From Trichomonas gallinae (lineage: Eukaryota): DNA of 35,607 nucleotides. Under the pieces are notes generated by a model. It saw only the letters and a program-made list of their open reading frames with translations. It ran no database searches and was not told where the DNA came from. A program made the position numbers and the translations under genes. This document shows, one piece after another, positions 10,806 through 21,487 of the stretch; the first letter of the stretch is position 1, and every line of letters starts with the position of its first letter. The stretch is taken from NCBI GenBank assembly GCA_008369845.1, contig MRSU01007136.1, positions 1 through 35,607 of the forward strand. Reading direction: 5' to 3'.

Positions 10806-11393
10806 TTATAAATCAGTATTTGAGGTCGGCATGGAATCATCTAAAACATTTGAAACACGACTTGTATCAAGCGTCATAGCTTCTATGTTCATTTGCGCAT
10901 GTGTCGCATGATAGTTCTTAAGACCAGAATACCATCGATTTTTAACGGCCGAGGCACTTCTTCCAGGTAGAGATTGAGCAATTATAGCCCATTTATTTCC
11001 AATTTCGCGTTGTTTTGTTATAATAATTTGGTCTTCCCAAGGTTCGAACGGCTCGTGACGAATCTCAGGATCAAGCCTATGCGACCATCTTTCTCTACAT
11101 TGCTTTGAAGTTCTTGTTGGCACGAATTTAGCAATATCGACCCACTTTTTAGGACCTAGTTGATGCACAGCTTGAAGAAGCTGCTCATCTTCTTGCTGTG
11201 TCCATGTTCCTCGTGCGGAAAACTCCGCTGGCTTTTGATGAGTTGGAAACGATTGTGATAAATACATTTGAAGGATTTCCTGAGGTATTTGATTGTTTTG
11301 TGTTTGCGAATATCCGTAGTTCTGTTGTCCAGGATCCGACAAAAAGGGCGGATTCATCAATTCCTGGTTGCCGAAGGATCCATCTTCGGTCAT
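10806..11393 (-). CDS. R2R3 Myb DNA-binding protein
   Basis: RGTWTQQEDEQL...KKWVDIA...RTSKQCRERW, then EDQII...GNKWAIIA...GRSASAVKNRW. GTCACTTT initiator-like site upstream at 11415-11422. Confidence 0.93.
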   Translation of the reverse strand: MTEDGSFGNQELMNPPFLSDPGQQNYGYSQTQNNQIPQEILQMYLSQSFPTHQKPAEFSARGTWTQQEDEQLLQAVHQLGPKKWVDIAKFVPTRTSKQCRERWSHRLDPEIRHEPFEPWEDQIIITKQREIGNKWAIIAQSLPGRSASAVKNRWYSGLKNYHATHAQMNIEAMTLDTSRVSNVLDDSMPTSNTDL

Positions 11394-11827
11394 TCCCGCG
11401 TAAATTTACAAATAAAAGTGACAATACATTTTCAATTTTTTTGTTCTAAAACATACATAGTTTATGCAATAAATCATATTTTTCAAAAATTTTTGCAAAA
11501 AAATATGAAATTAAAATTTAACCAGCTCTTTAATTATAAAATCGATAGTGAAAAACAGTGGATAGGAAATTTTGCAAAAATTACCACTTTTTATTGAAAG
11601 AATTAAATTTCTTTCTCTAAATAAACCTTTTCCCGAATATGCACGGAGATAAACATTTTCGTGGTAAAGAGAAAATGACTTTTTACAAGCAAACGAAATA
11701 TTCAAGATTGCTATTGTTTCATGTTGGAGCAAGTAATGCAACTTGATACAAACTATTATATAAAAATAATAGAATTTAATATACAGTATGGCTTTTCTTC
11801 TGTATATTAAGTCTGCGGAAAATTTAT

Positions 11828-12380
11828 TTACTCGAAAACTTCACCAGCTGTCTTGCTTTGTGCATGAAGACGCATGAGCTTCTTGCGGCCGGCCTTTTCA
11901 GTTGTCATAACCGAAGTATCGGTGTATTTGATATTCTTTTCAGAATCTTTCCAAACAAGGAATGCTGGCTGGTTAACGAGCTGATTTTCGACAGAAATAT
12001 GGAGCTGGTAGACACGAGAACGTGCATTGTGAACAGAGTTAGCGAGAGCGCGCTTGTGGACTTGCGTCTGAAGATGGCGGTCCATAAGATCGTTAACTGT
12101 AAGAGAAAGGACATAATCGAGCTTCTGCTTTGTCTCATCGAGAAAACTAAGTTTTGTAAGACGACGAAGAAGGGCTACTCCCTCGAAAATGCGCTTTGTA
12201 TCATTCTCTGGGAGTGTAAGAAGGTTACCAGCAGCATGGCGGATCTTAGAAAGAGTATAAGAAACACGCTTTTTTCTTCAGTCCGAACTCACCAACGACT
12301 TGAAGTTCTTTATGCATGCGCTCTTTCTCGTACGGACGCATTGGTTTCTTGAATGTGCGTGAGAAGTTTCTGCTCGAGAT
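11828..12380 (-). pseudogene. RPS9: 40S ribosomal protein S9 (uS4) pseudogene
   Basis: Frame A from 12380 reads [36 protein letters not shown]. After a +1 shift in the A-run at ~12270, frame B reads [37 protein letters not shown]...KLDYVLSL...LQTQV...VNQPAFLV to the stop at 11828. ATC sits at the expected ATG with an in-frame TGA immediately upstream, and the conserved REVW segment is missing. Confidence 0.88.
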
Positions 12381-12403
12381 TCAACAAAAAATCGAGTTAG
12401 AAA

Positions 12404-12419
12404 AAAGGCATTGACCGTC
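12404..12419 (-). promoter_or_regulatory. M3-like + M5 (CCTTT) trichomonad core promoter of the RPS9 copy
   Basis: Minus strand reads GACGGTC-AATG-CCTTT, 24-39 nt upstream of the lost start. The M3/M5 pair is described for T. vaginalis ribosomal protein genes; there is one mismatch to the M3 consensus. Confidence 0.55.
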
Positions 12420-12799
12420 AGATTTTGACACTTTACTTGACAAAACGTATCATTCTCTTCTTCAGGGTCCACAGACAGACTTGATGAGAAGGTGACACCA
12501 AAATCTACATTCTTTCTTAGGTATCTATCCATGGTGAGAATATTGTTAAAATGCAACACTTTTTCATATTAATACATTAACTCTTTTAACAATGCCTCTC
12601 ACATGAAAAATATCATTACCATTATTTTTATCTGTCGAAATAGTTAATATTTTGATATTTTTGTTTGGTTTAATTTACAATTTTCGATGAAAATAAATAT
12701 TTGATTTAACAACATCAAAAATTGTTGGAAATGCAGGGTAATTGATACAAAAAGAAAGTGAAAAGTACTATAAATAACAATTTAATATAAAAAACAATA

Positions 12800-14137
12800 T
12801 TATAACAAAGTAATATCGATTGATGATAAATAATCATTAGTATTACCGAAATTAATGTTCATTTGTTCTTCATGATATGTTTCCGGACTTCCTTTGTTGG
12901 CGAGCAAGTTTCTTGGCGCATATAATTCAACAGAAATATATTCAGCAACATGCGGATCTGGGAATGAATTTGAGGTATCCTGGACAAAAGAAAAAGATAA
13001 ATCTTTGAGCAAAATCTGATGACGACAGCGAGGGCAAATCGCATTATAAGAATTACATGTTTCTTCGAATACGCTGACGGCGTCTATCTGGCACTGAACG
13101 CCATTGATCGTATGCGATGCTTGTATAGTATCTCCAATTAAATATGGATTGAATTGTTGTTCATTTTTAGTTAATGAAGTTACGACATCTATCCAGCTTT
13201 TTCGTGTTACCATCTGTATAATTAAGAATGTTGGCTGGTCTGTCATTAATTCTGGTACTAAAACAAATTTCAACGGCATTTGCTCAAACGGATGAATAAC
13301 AAAACTTTCAAACATTTCTCCAAAATGCACTGGCTGTAGTTCTATTCTTCTGTCTTTTTCGAGCTTGAAAAGCTTTCCACGCGTTGGCTGATTTTGTATT
13401 GTGATCAAAGTCCCAATAATCATATCGTTCTGTTTGATTTCACGCGGTGAAGGCATGTATTCGATCATTTCTTTGACATTTTTATTGATAAGAAAATACG
13501 AAGGAGATGTTCCTTTTGTTCGTTGAAAAACCAATGGTAGTAGCGGATCTCGAAATGCTTTGATAGATTCTGGATTCGCGAGTTGGTAATTTGCAATGAA
13601 TTTAGCGGCATCTGGAAATGCTTGATTCAATTCTGGTAGCATATCGATAAACATCTGAATTCGTTGATCTTTCGTCTTTTTCTGTTGTATATTATATAAT
13701 TTGAAAAACAATTCTAAAGTATCGTCCGGTAATTTTGATAATGCGTTTTTAATATAATCTTGTGGCTGTTGCTGCGGCTGCTGATGCATCATGAATTGTT
13801 GCTGGTATGGATACGGCTGTTGGGCGAATGGCTTTTTCTGTGGCTGCTGTTTAGCACGCTTTCTAGTCTGATTTGTTGCCTGTTGTTGTTGGCCGGGCGG
13901 TAAAACAGGGGTTTGTCCCTGCATTTGCGCCTGCTGCATATTTGGAGCATACATTGCCTGCAAATTTGACATAATTTGAGGATTTTGCCGTAAGAATTGA
14001 TTCTGCGAATTCAGCACTTGAAACATGGCCCTATTCATTTGCGAAGGCTGTTGTTGGCCTTGGGGGATTGGAAATCGAGAGTTTTGAACGGGCGGGTTCT
14101 CATTTTGTTGATGTCCATACATATTCCCGCCATTCAT
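12800..14137 (-). CDS. Gln-rich protein with possible SAP-like helix pair and degenerate SP-RING/MIZ finger (PIAS/Siz-like)
   Basis: Q/P/M-rich aa 1-127; LSKLPDDTLELFFKLYNIQQKKTKDQRI; C-terminal SH...QCQIDA...ICPRC...LKDL resembles H-x-QCFDA...W-x-CPxC. Confidence 0.6.
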   Translation of the reverse strand: MNGGNMYGHQQNENPPVQNSRFPIPQGQQQPSQMNRAMFQVLNSQNQFLRQNPQIMSNLQAMYAPNMQQAQMQGQTPVLPPGQQQQATNQTRKRAKQQPQKKPFAQQPYPYQQQFMMHQQPQQQPQDYIKNALSKLPDDTLELFFKLYNIQQKKTKDQRIQMFIDMLPELNQAFPDAAKFIANYQLANPESIKAFRDPLLPLVFQRTKGTSPSYFLINKNVKEMIEYMPSPREIKQNDMIIGTLITIQNQPTRGKLFKLEKDRRIELQPVHFGEMFESFVIHPFEQMPLKFVLVPELMTDQPTFLIIQMVTRKSWIDVVTSLTKNEQQFNPYLIGDTIQASHTINGVQCQIDAVSVFEETCNSYNAICPRCRHQILLKDLSFSFVQDTSNSFPDPHVAEYISVELYAPRNLLANKGSPETYHEEQMNINFGNTNDYLSSIDITLL

Positions 14138-14188
14138 TTGCTTGATTCACGTTTTGACACGTAAATTAGTCAACAATTTAGAATTTTT

Positions 14189-14277
14189 TTTACATGACAA
14201 ATATATAAATTACACGACAAAATTGATATTTACTTGACAAAATTATTTTTACTCGACAAAAATATTATTACATGACA
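14189..14277 (+). repeat. Five phased (T/A)TTACWYGACA boxes
   Basis: Starts at 14189, 14209, 14229, 14248, 14267 (spacing 20, 20, 19, 19) with non-identical A/T spacers. Confidence 0.9.
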
Positions 14278-14883
14278 AAAAATATTTTTTCCCTTCTTTT
14301 TAAAATTTAAAAAAATAGAGATTTCGGGATCAAATCAATATCAATGCCTCCAACAAACACTACAGCTAAAACACTAATATCAAAAATATCCGCTAATTTC
14401 AGTCTATGATGATTTCTTGCCGCATCATAATCAATGTCAAGCAATAAGTTGATTATTACTTTTTTCCTGGTAAGTTTGAATCTAGTTGATATTTTTATTT
14501 AACCATAGCAAAAATAAAATATATGAGCTCAACTAAATGTTACTCATAATGATGAATCATAAAATATAAATATATATAGAGAATTCTTCAATGTTTTGAA
14601 TGAATGAAAATAATACTTAATTCATCTTAATATTAGCAGTGAAATCAACTATAAAGATACATGCCCATCACATTCTCATATATATCAATATGTGAAGAAA
14701 GTATCATAAAATAACCAGCGAATAATTTTTTATAAAGGCAGAAAATGAGTTCACATGTCAAAAATAAAGTCGTGAGTCAAATTTTGAGTTTTCACTGTTT
14801 TTGCGATTAATAGTTGAATATAACCCCAAATATACGAATAAATTGATGCTAGTTCTTGTCAAAATTTTTGGTAATATGCCAAA

Positions 14884-15738
14884 ATGAATGAGTTTCGATT
14901 TCAGCAAGAGCGCAAGATCGCTGCTGAGATTAGAGAGTATTTAGATACCAAAGCAGAGCTCCAAGACTGGATTCAGAAGGTTATTAAAGGTATAAATGAA
15001 ACAGGAGAAATTGAAGATTTGGGCCTCCGCCTTATAGGAAAAGGCGACTGTGAAGTCTGCGCAGAAGAGAATGTCGATCTTTACGGATTACAATGCGTCC
15101 ATGGTTTCTGCGGTAGCTGCTGGAGGAACATGATCGCTGAAGAACAGGCAACACTTTACTTAGATGCATGCAATCAGATTTCAACGCTTGCTTACTTCAG
15201 CGTGATATTCACAACCATGCAGATCCAGAGGTGTCCAAAACTTATGATACGTGTCTTGCATCAGTCTTTTTTGCTACTAATCCTGATCTTAGAAGTTGTC
15301 CGAACGAAAAATGCGATAAAATCATGACAATCAGCGCAGTCAATCAGAGCTTTGTTGCAGAATGCACATGTGGAGCCAGAATTTGTTGGTTGTGTAATGA
15401 TACAGCTCATGATCCATGCTCGTGCGAAAATAAGAAAAAAAGGGAATTTCATAGATCGCTCACATCGCATACTTCTATGGTCGTATCCGCATGCATACTA
15501 CCTGGAGCTTGGCTCTTCAAATCTTCGTATATTCTATGGGCTAGTGAAGTATGCTGAAGAAATTCTTAATAATCTTACTAATATGATCCAGGGTGATTTT
15601 GGTTATTCTATAAAGGATTTAGAGAAAGAATCGGCGAAGTTGCAAGCTTCAATACAAACAATCTTGAATAACGCTTCGAGAGTTATTCCTGAAAGCAAAG
15701 TTGGTATACATGATTCCGACGACAGCGATTATTATTAA
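14884..15738 (+). pseudogene. Ariadne-type RBR (RING-IBR) ubiquitin ligase pseudogene
   Basis: Three successive frames: RING1 (CEVC...CVHGFCGSCW), then after a shift at ~15150 the IBR (CPNEKC...CTCGARICWLC...HDPCSC), then after a shift at ~15440 the Ariadne helix (RILLWSYPHAYYL). RING2 is absent. Confidence 0.82.
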
Positions 15739-16443
15739 ATATGAATGCATTTATTAATGTGTTATAAAAACTTATAATATTCTTTCTTGATTCAGCAATC
15801 ATCATTTTTACTAAGATAAATATGATGCAAGTATTGATAAGAATATCATATATAGTTATATGAAATCATTATTAGAAGCACTGACAATATATGAATATAG
15901 GATTTCACTAGAAGCAGAATGAATATATATGCATAATATCTTCTTTGCTTGAGGAAGATCTGATTACAAAAAAGTAGGATATATATTATTGCAATTACAA
16001 CGCATAAATCTCAGCCTAGATTATGCAGACACTCGAACAAAATGTGTTTTATGCTGATATGATTCAATATATGATTCTCTTTTTGCTTCATCCATCGAAA
16101 ATGAATCACTAAGAAACAGTTTTCGATTGATTTATTACAGGATTTGATGAAAAAAGATGATTAATTTGAAATCTATCATATTATGCATATACTTGTGTAT
16201 TCATTAATGCTCAATGAGATATGATTCGGTGACATAAAAAAAAAATTATTGTCAAAAAATGTAAAAATCTCTTTGAGGTTTCTATCATTGACATGATGCG
16301 ATGTATGCGAAATTTATCAATCTGACCGCTATCAAAGGCGGATGAGAGGGGAACATTCACAAAAAAAAAAAAAATTTATATGATTGAAATCATATTATAG
16401 TTATAATTAAACAAATAGGTTTTTATAAATAATTATTTCTAGC

Positions 16444-17634
16444 TTATTTTCCCCATTCAGGTATATAACAATGATTAAGATAACCAAGACTATTCATTTG
16501 GATCTTAAGGTTCGAATATAGGAATAATCCTGTATTCTCATTACATTTGATGAAATCGAGGATAATTGGTTTTCCGTTGAATACAAATCTGCCCCAAACG
16601 ACGCCATCAATATCCCAAAGCTCGAAAATGAGATGGCTGCGGACAGCTGGGCCATAAACCTCTGTGAATTTGAATGTTGAAAGAACAGCAAGAAGTGCTC
16701 CATCATGAGATGACAGGAGAACTAACTTATACTTGTTTTGCATCGATACCCTTTGGTCTGCGATTCTAAACATCTCACGGAAGAGAGGAGCAGCGCCAAC
16801 TCCACGATATTTATCCATATTATTCTTATTATAGTTATAGTATGATAAATACTTCTGGCAATCATCCTTCATTTCATCTGTGACCCAATCAGGAAGATTG
16901 TGGTCCGAACAAGACGCTACTGTAATGAACGAAGAATATTTTTTGGCTTGCTTGATATTGAACTTCATTCCATGGTCCTCGAACACAGACTTGTATTTAT
17001 TAGAGAAGTTGTTGTAATATTCGACCATATGTGGCTCATTGAAGAAATCATCTTCGAGGCCTTGAAGTTCTTTGCACCATTGATCATCAGGATGCAATAT
17101 ACCAGCTTGTGGGGTATCTGTGATCAAAGGAACAACTTCGTTTGGCGATGTTGGTGGAAACATTCCTTGAAGGAATGATACAGCGGATTTAACAGTGCGG
17201 TCTAATTCTGTGGCTCTTGCATATAATGTTTCTGGGTTTGCATTCTCAGGCATGAAATCTTTTAATTTTGAATAATGATCACGAAGGGATTTACCTAATT
17301 CAAAGTGTTGCTGCATACCGTATGTAGTAAGATCTTCTGGCCTGCATGATGGCGGGTATGGAGTAACGCGCTGATCAAAATGTTCGTAATAATTTCTTGG
17401 ATGCCATGCTGGTGCTGGATGCAATCTTGGCGCTATAGAGTCACTCTCATCGCAGTGCCATTCGCCGGTGTTGAAATCCTTGAAATGGTTGCCACCTGGT
17501 GTACGTTCTCCATGGCGCAGTAAAAACTGGGCTTGAAGCAATGTAGCGTTGGGAATTATATCAGCAAACGTCAGAGGAGCTTCGCACTTCTCATCACGCG
17601 CAGATAAACTATTTACAGTAAAAAGGAAAATCAT
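16444..17634 (-). CDS. Histidine acid phosphatase (branch 2) with signal peptide
   Basis: RHGERTP catalytic motif, LTTYGMQQH, ARAT...RT..SA, SHD proton donor. Confidence 0.93.
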   Translation of the reverse strand: MIFLFTVNSLSARDEKCEAPLTFADIIPNATLLQAQFLLRHGERTPGGNHFKDFNTGEWHCDESDSIAPRLHPAPAWHPRNYYEHFDQRVTPYPPSCRPEDLTTYGMQQHFELGKSLRDHYSKLKDFMPENANPETLYARATELDRTVKSAVSFLQGMFPPTSPNEVVPLITDTPQAGILHPDDQWCKELQGLEDDFFNEPHMVEYYNNFSNKYKSVFEDHGMKFNIKQAKKYSSFITVASCSDHNLPDWVTDEMKDDCQKYLSYYNYNKNNMDKYRGVGAAPLFREMFRIADQRVSMQNKYKLVLLSSHDGALLAVLSTFKFTEVYGPAVRSHLIFELWDIDGVVWGRFVFNGKPIILDFIKCNENTGLFLYSNLKIQMNSLGYLNHCYIPEWGK

Positions 17635-17945
17635 TTCTTATTTATGTCAAATATTATAACTTTACATCGGCAAAATGTCAGCTTGACGTCAAAATATATT
17701 TCATTTGTTTAATATACTTTAATAGACCACAACAACCACAGAAATCTATCTAAATAGCACCATATGGTTTATAGACAACTAATCGCTGTTATGTTAAATT
17801 TTGATATTTGAAATCATTTATAATTAGACGATTATATCAAATAAATTGTTATATTTCATGTTAATGGTATTGTTGGAATGCGAAATTATTAAAAATTATC
17901 AAAATAAATTTTAAATAATAATATTTCAGAAATGATATTAACAAA

Positions 17946-18848
17946 TTACTGTCTCCTGGATCTCTTATTCCTTTCGATGATTTCTTGAAGAACTTTTTCA
18001 GGATTCTTCAACATCAGAGGCTTGATGAGACCATCTGTTGTGCCTGATGGATCATCGGGCTGGACATAGCGCAAATCTGGGGCCTCATCATAATAAGATC
18101 CTCCTTTGAAGTAATCGTCGATCCAAATTCCTTCAAGTCTTCTTTTTGTAGCGACAATATGCAAAACACCTTCACCATTTCTCATGTCGTTCTCGTAATA
18201 TCCTGTGAACCAATCTCCGTTAGCTTTGGTGAGCTTTCCTTCGCCACATCTCTGATCATTTACCCAATCGCCTTCGTATTCATCGCCATTGGCATAGTAC
18301 ATGATGCCATGTCCATGCCTCTTGCCTTTGCGGAATTCACCATCGTATGTATCATCATTTTGATAGTATCTGATGCCGTGTCCGTCCTGTTTGCCATCTT
18401 TCCACTCGCCAGAGCCATATGCCCACTTTCCTGGCTGATCACAGTTTGTTTTATCTGACCAAAGGTAGTAATCGCCTTTACCACAATATTCATCATCGAC
18501 AAATTGGCCAACATAGACGCCCTCTGCTGTGAAATGCTCACCATATCCATGACGAAGGTTGTTCTTCCATTCGCCGACGTATTCAGTGCCATCATCAAGC
18601 ACAATCAAATGTCTAGCACCGTTTTTATTAGCTTTCATATCGTTTTGTGCCCAGATAAATGGTTTTCCTTGTCTATTTGTTGTCTGTCCGAAGCGAAGGG
18701 CTGCGTATTTCTTTGATGAAAGGAAACATTGCGGGTTTGGCTTTCTTTTCATGATACGTTCTTTGCGGACTTTTGGCGATACACCACCATCATCATAATA
18801 GGCATTCTCATAGATGGCCGAACCTAATTCTTCCTCTTCTTCTATCAT
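17946..18848 (-). CDS. MORN repeat protein (MORN3-like)
   Basis: About 7 YxGxWxxxxxHGxG repeats. Confidence 0.9.
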   Translation of the reverse strand: MIEEEEELGSAIYENAYYDDGGVSPKVRKERIMKRKPNPQCFLSSKKYAALRFGQTTNRQGKPFIWAQNDMKANKNGARHLIVLDDGTEYVGEWKNNLRHGYGEHFTAEGVYVGQFVDDEYCGKGDYYLWSDKTNCDQPGKWAYGSGEWKDGKQDGHGIRYYQNDDTYDGEFRKGKRHGHGIMYYANGDEYEGDWVNDQRCGEGKLTKANGDWFTGYYENDMRNGEGVLHIVATKRRLEGIWIDDYFKGGSYYDEAPDLRYVQPDDPSGTTDGLIKPLMLKNPEKVLQEIIERNKRSRRQ

Positions 18849-19109
18849 AATTAAAATAATACGTTACTGTCAAGACGATATAAATACAAAAAATATTCTG
18901 ACATTGTAAATTTAAATCTGTCATTTAAGGACTTACATTTGACAATTTTTGAATATTTCACGAATAAGGATCATATTAAACATTGTATTAGATTTCACGG
19001 ATAGGGATTATACGTTAGAAATATTGAGGCGTATTATTCGTTAGAAAAATTATTAAAAAAAAAAAAAACAAAAAATAAATTAATAATTCAAAAATTTTTA
19101 ATAAATAAA

Positions 19110-19925
19110 ATGGACTCTATCAGTGTTGGAGATATTCAATCAATACACACGATGATTTCTAATGATACACTCATGAAAAGGCTTCATAAGGACGAACTCT
19201 GTACCTGTTTTGAAAGTACTAAGTTAACTGTCAACGAAGTTTCATCTATATTCCAACATATTAAATCGAATTGCGAAATTGTAGACAGATTCGATATAAT
19301 CCGTCACTTGTCTATTGATTTCGGAGAGATTGAAAATATCGAAATGGCAACAATTCTTGAATTACTCAGAATCTTTGGTAAATACATTGAATGGGATGAA
19401 TTTGATTCTATTGTTGAGATCATCGTGTCTGCATCTTTCCGAAAAAGCAGCAAAATAACAAGAATATCAAAGCTTTGAAAGCTTCTTGTAGTTATGATTT
19501 CGGTTCAATCTACTTATACCAAAATAAAAAACAAAGATGCACAATATTTTTTTCAAAATCCCACATTTTGATATCAACGCAAAGGAGGATAACAAGAACC
19601 ATATATGGTCTTTATGATGTTGTCAAACTCCTTCTTACATTTCCTGGAATTGATATCAATGAAAGAAACTATGACAATACTACAGCTTTGGTTTATGCTT
19701 CAAATGAAGGTCATCATGAAGTTATCAAACTGCTCATCGCAGTTCCTGGTATAGTTGCCAATGCAAAAGACAAATTCAACAGAACAGCTTTGATTTTTGC
19801 TTCAAAATATGGTCATAATGAAGTTATCAAACTCCTTCTGACAGCCTCTGGAATAGATTTAAAGGAAAAAATAAATTTGTAAAACAGCCTTGCTTCAATA
19901 AAGGTCATCATTAAGTAGTAATAAT
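19110..19925 (+). pseudogene. Ankyrin-repeat protein pseudogene
   Basis: N-terminal ORF 19110-19478. An out-of-frame PHFDINAKE fragment lies at ~19560. Repeats TALVYASNEGHHEVIKLL and TALIFASKYGHNEVIKLL sit in an ORF with no ATG, and a broken further repeat (KTA.../KGHH*VV) follows the stop at 19882. Confidence 0.75.
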
Positions 19926-20093
19926 GTTTTAAGTTCATAGCGCTGTATATGCATTTCATTATTCTATATACGGTATTTAAACTTGATTTTTTATTAATAT
20001 ATGGCATATAATAAAATTTGAATTTTAATGTAAAAAACAAGGGGTTTAAAAATAATTTAGGGGTGTATGATCAAAAAGTGACAATTTTAGGAA

Positions 20094-21272
20094 ATGTTTT
20101 CTTTCCTAATTTTTAATGTAAGATCTGAGTTTTGGCGTTTCTCAGCTAAAAGATATAAACAAATAGAAAAGAACAGTTTCGATAAACCGCTCTTTGTCGT
20201 CGCATACAGTCCATGGTGTGGACATTGTACAGAAATACCAAATGAATCAAGAATTTTTAGAGAAAGTACATTAAATCGTAAAGACTTTTACTTCACACTA
20301 TTGAATTGTGGTGAGGGTGATGCATGCACCCACTTCTATGTCCCACATACGCCATATATCGTACTTGTTCAAGGCGATGAAAGGGATTACTGGCCAGAAA
20401 CAAAGCAGCACACAGCAGCTGAGTGGCTTAAGTTCATCGATGAAAACATAAGAGATCATTTAACCAAAATTGATGATGAAAGTTTAATAGAAAGCTACAA
20501 ATCTAATTTAACTGGTGGTGGATCATTATTCTATTTACAGCTTCAAAGTGAGCATAGTCCCATCTTCAAAGCTTATCAAGAAATTGCAAAAAGATATTAT
20601 ATTTACCACGATACGTTTCTTTATAGAATAGCGCCTTCAAAACCAGAGAAAATCGTTGCATACACATCACCAAGCTGCCAAATCGAGTATTCTCAGACTT
20701 CTTTAATTCAAACATTTATCGAACATTACAAATTTGGCGCCAGCCATAGATATCTCGAGAAGGAGATAAATAGTCTTCATCAGTCACAATTACCATCAGC
20801 AGTTTTGCTTGTTGAAGATAATTATCAAGAACCAAAAATTACTGAAGGTTTGAAGAAAGATATATTGAAAATAGCAGATCAGAACTGCAATCTTAAGACA
20901 GGATGGATGTCTTTCCGCTATAATGAAGGATATCTTCAAGATCACAAAATCAATGACGAAGATATGCCAACATTGATCTACAATGGATATGGCTGTTTAA
21001 ATCGTTACCAGGGTCGTATAAGAGACGTTATTGACACAGATTTTCTCAATCTTTCGATTTCGAAGCAAATGTGCAATAAACTATACTACAATACAGATGG
21101 ATCACAAACTATAAAAGATTCAGACGACAGAACAAAAGAGACAAAGAACCTTTGGTGGAGAAACACAATAACTGGCTGGCAGTTTATTGTTTTCTATTTG
21201 TCAGCTGTATTTGCAATTCTTGGCTTTTTGGCAATTGTTACTCCAAACAGATCCAAATCAAAAGATGTATAA
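20094..21272 (+). CDS. Thioredoxin/PDI-family type I membrane protein (TMX-like)
   Basis: Signal peptide, YSPWCGHC active site, C-terminal TM segment, KSKDV end (KxKxx). AAAGTGAC at 20075-20082. Confidence 0.88.
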   Translation: MFSFLIFNVRSEFWRFSAKRYKQIEKNSFDKPLFVVAYSPWCGHCTEIPNESRIFRESTLNRKDFYFTLLNCGEGDACTHFYVPHTPYIVLVQGDERDYWPETKQHTAAEWLKFIDENIRDHLTKIDDESLIESYKSNLTGGGSLFYLQLQSEHSPIFKAYQEIAKRYYIYHDTFLYRIAPSKPEKIVAYTSPSCQIEYSQTSLIQTFIEHYKFGASHRYLEKEINSLHQSQLPSAVLLVEDNYQEPKITEGLKKDILKIADQNCNLKTGWMSFRYNEGYLQDHKINDEDMPTLIYNGYGCLNRYQGRIRDVIDTDFLNLSISKQMCNKLYYNTDGSQTIKDSDDRTKETKNLWWRNTITGWQFIVFYLSAVFAILGFLAIVTPNRSKSKDV

Positions 21273-21487
21273 AATCGGAAAAATTTAAATTGTTCAATAT
21301 AAAGAATTCTTATTTAATTGACGTATTATTTTTTATATTGAGGCAATATATATATATATATTGATATCTAATACCTGTATCGATTGATGATTTATGAAAA
21401 ACTAAAAATAAGTAGCTATGAAAAAGAAAAATCTGAATAATTGGAATATGTAGAAACAATAGCTAACTTTATAACAATAATCGATGA

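Noticed and set aside
12265..12280. Programmed frameshift or intron rescuing RPS9
   Set aside because: The start codon is also lost, conserved residues are missing, and there is no GT...ACTAAC...AG intron signature.
11858..12352. 164-aa plus-strand ORF as a gene
   Set aside because: Antisense shadow of RPS9 codons; no recognisable motif.
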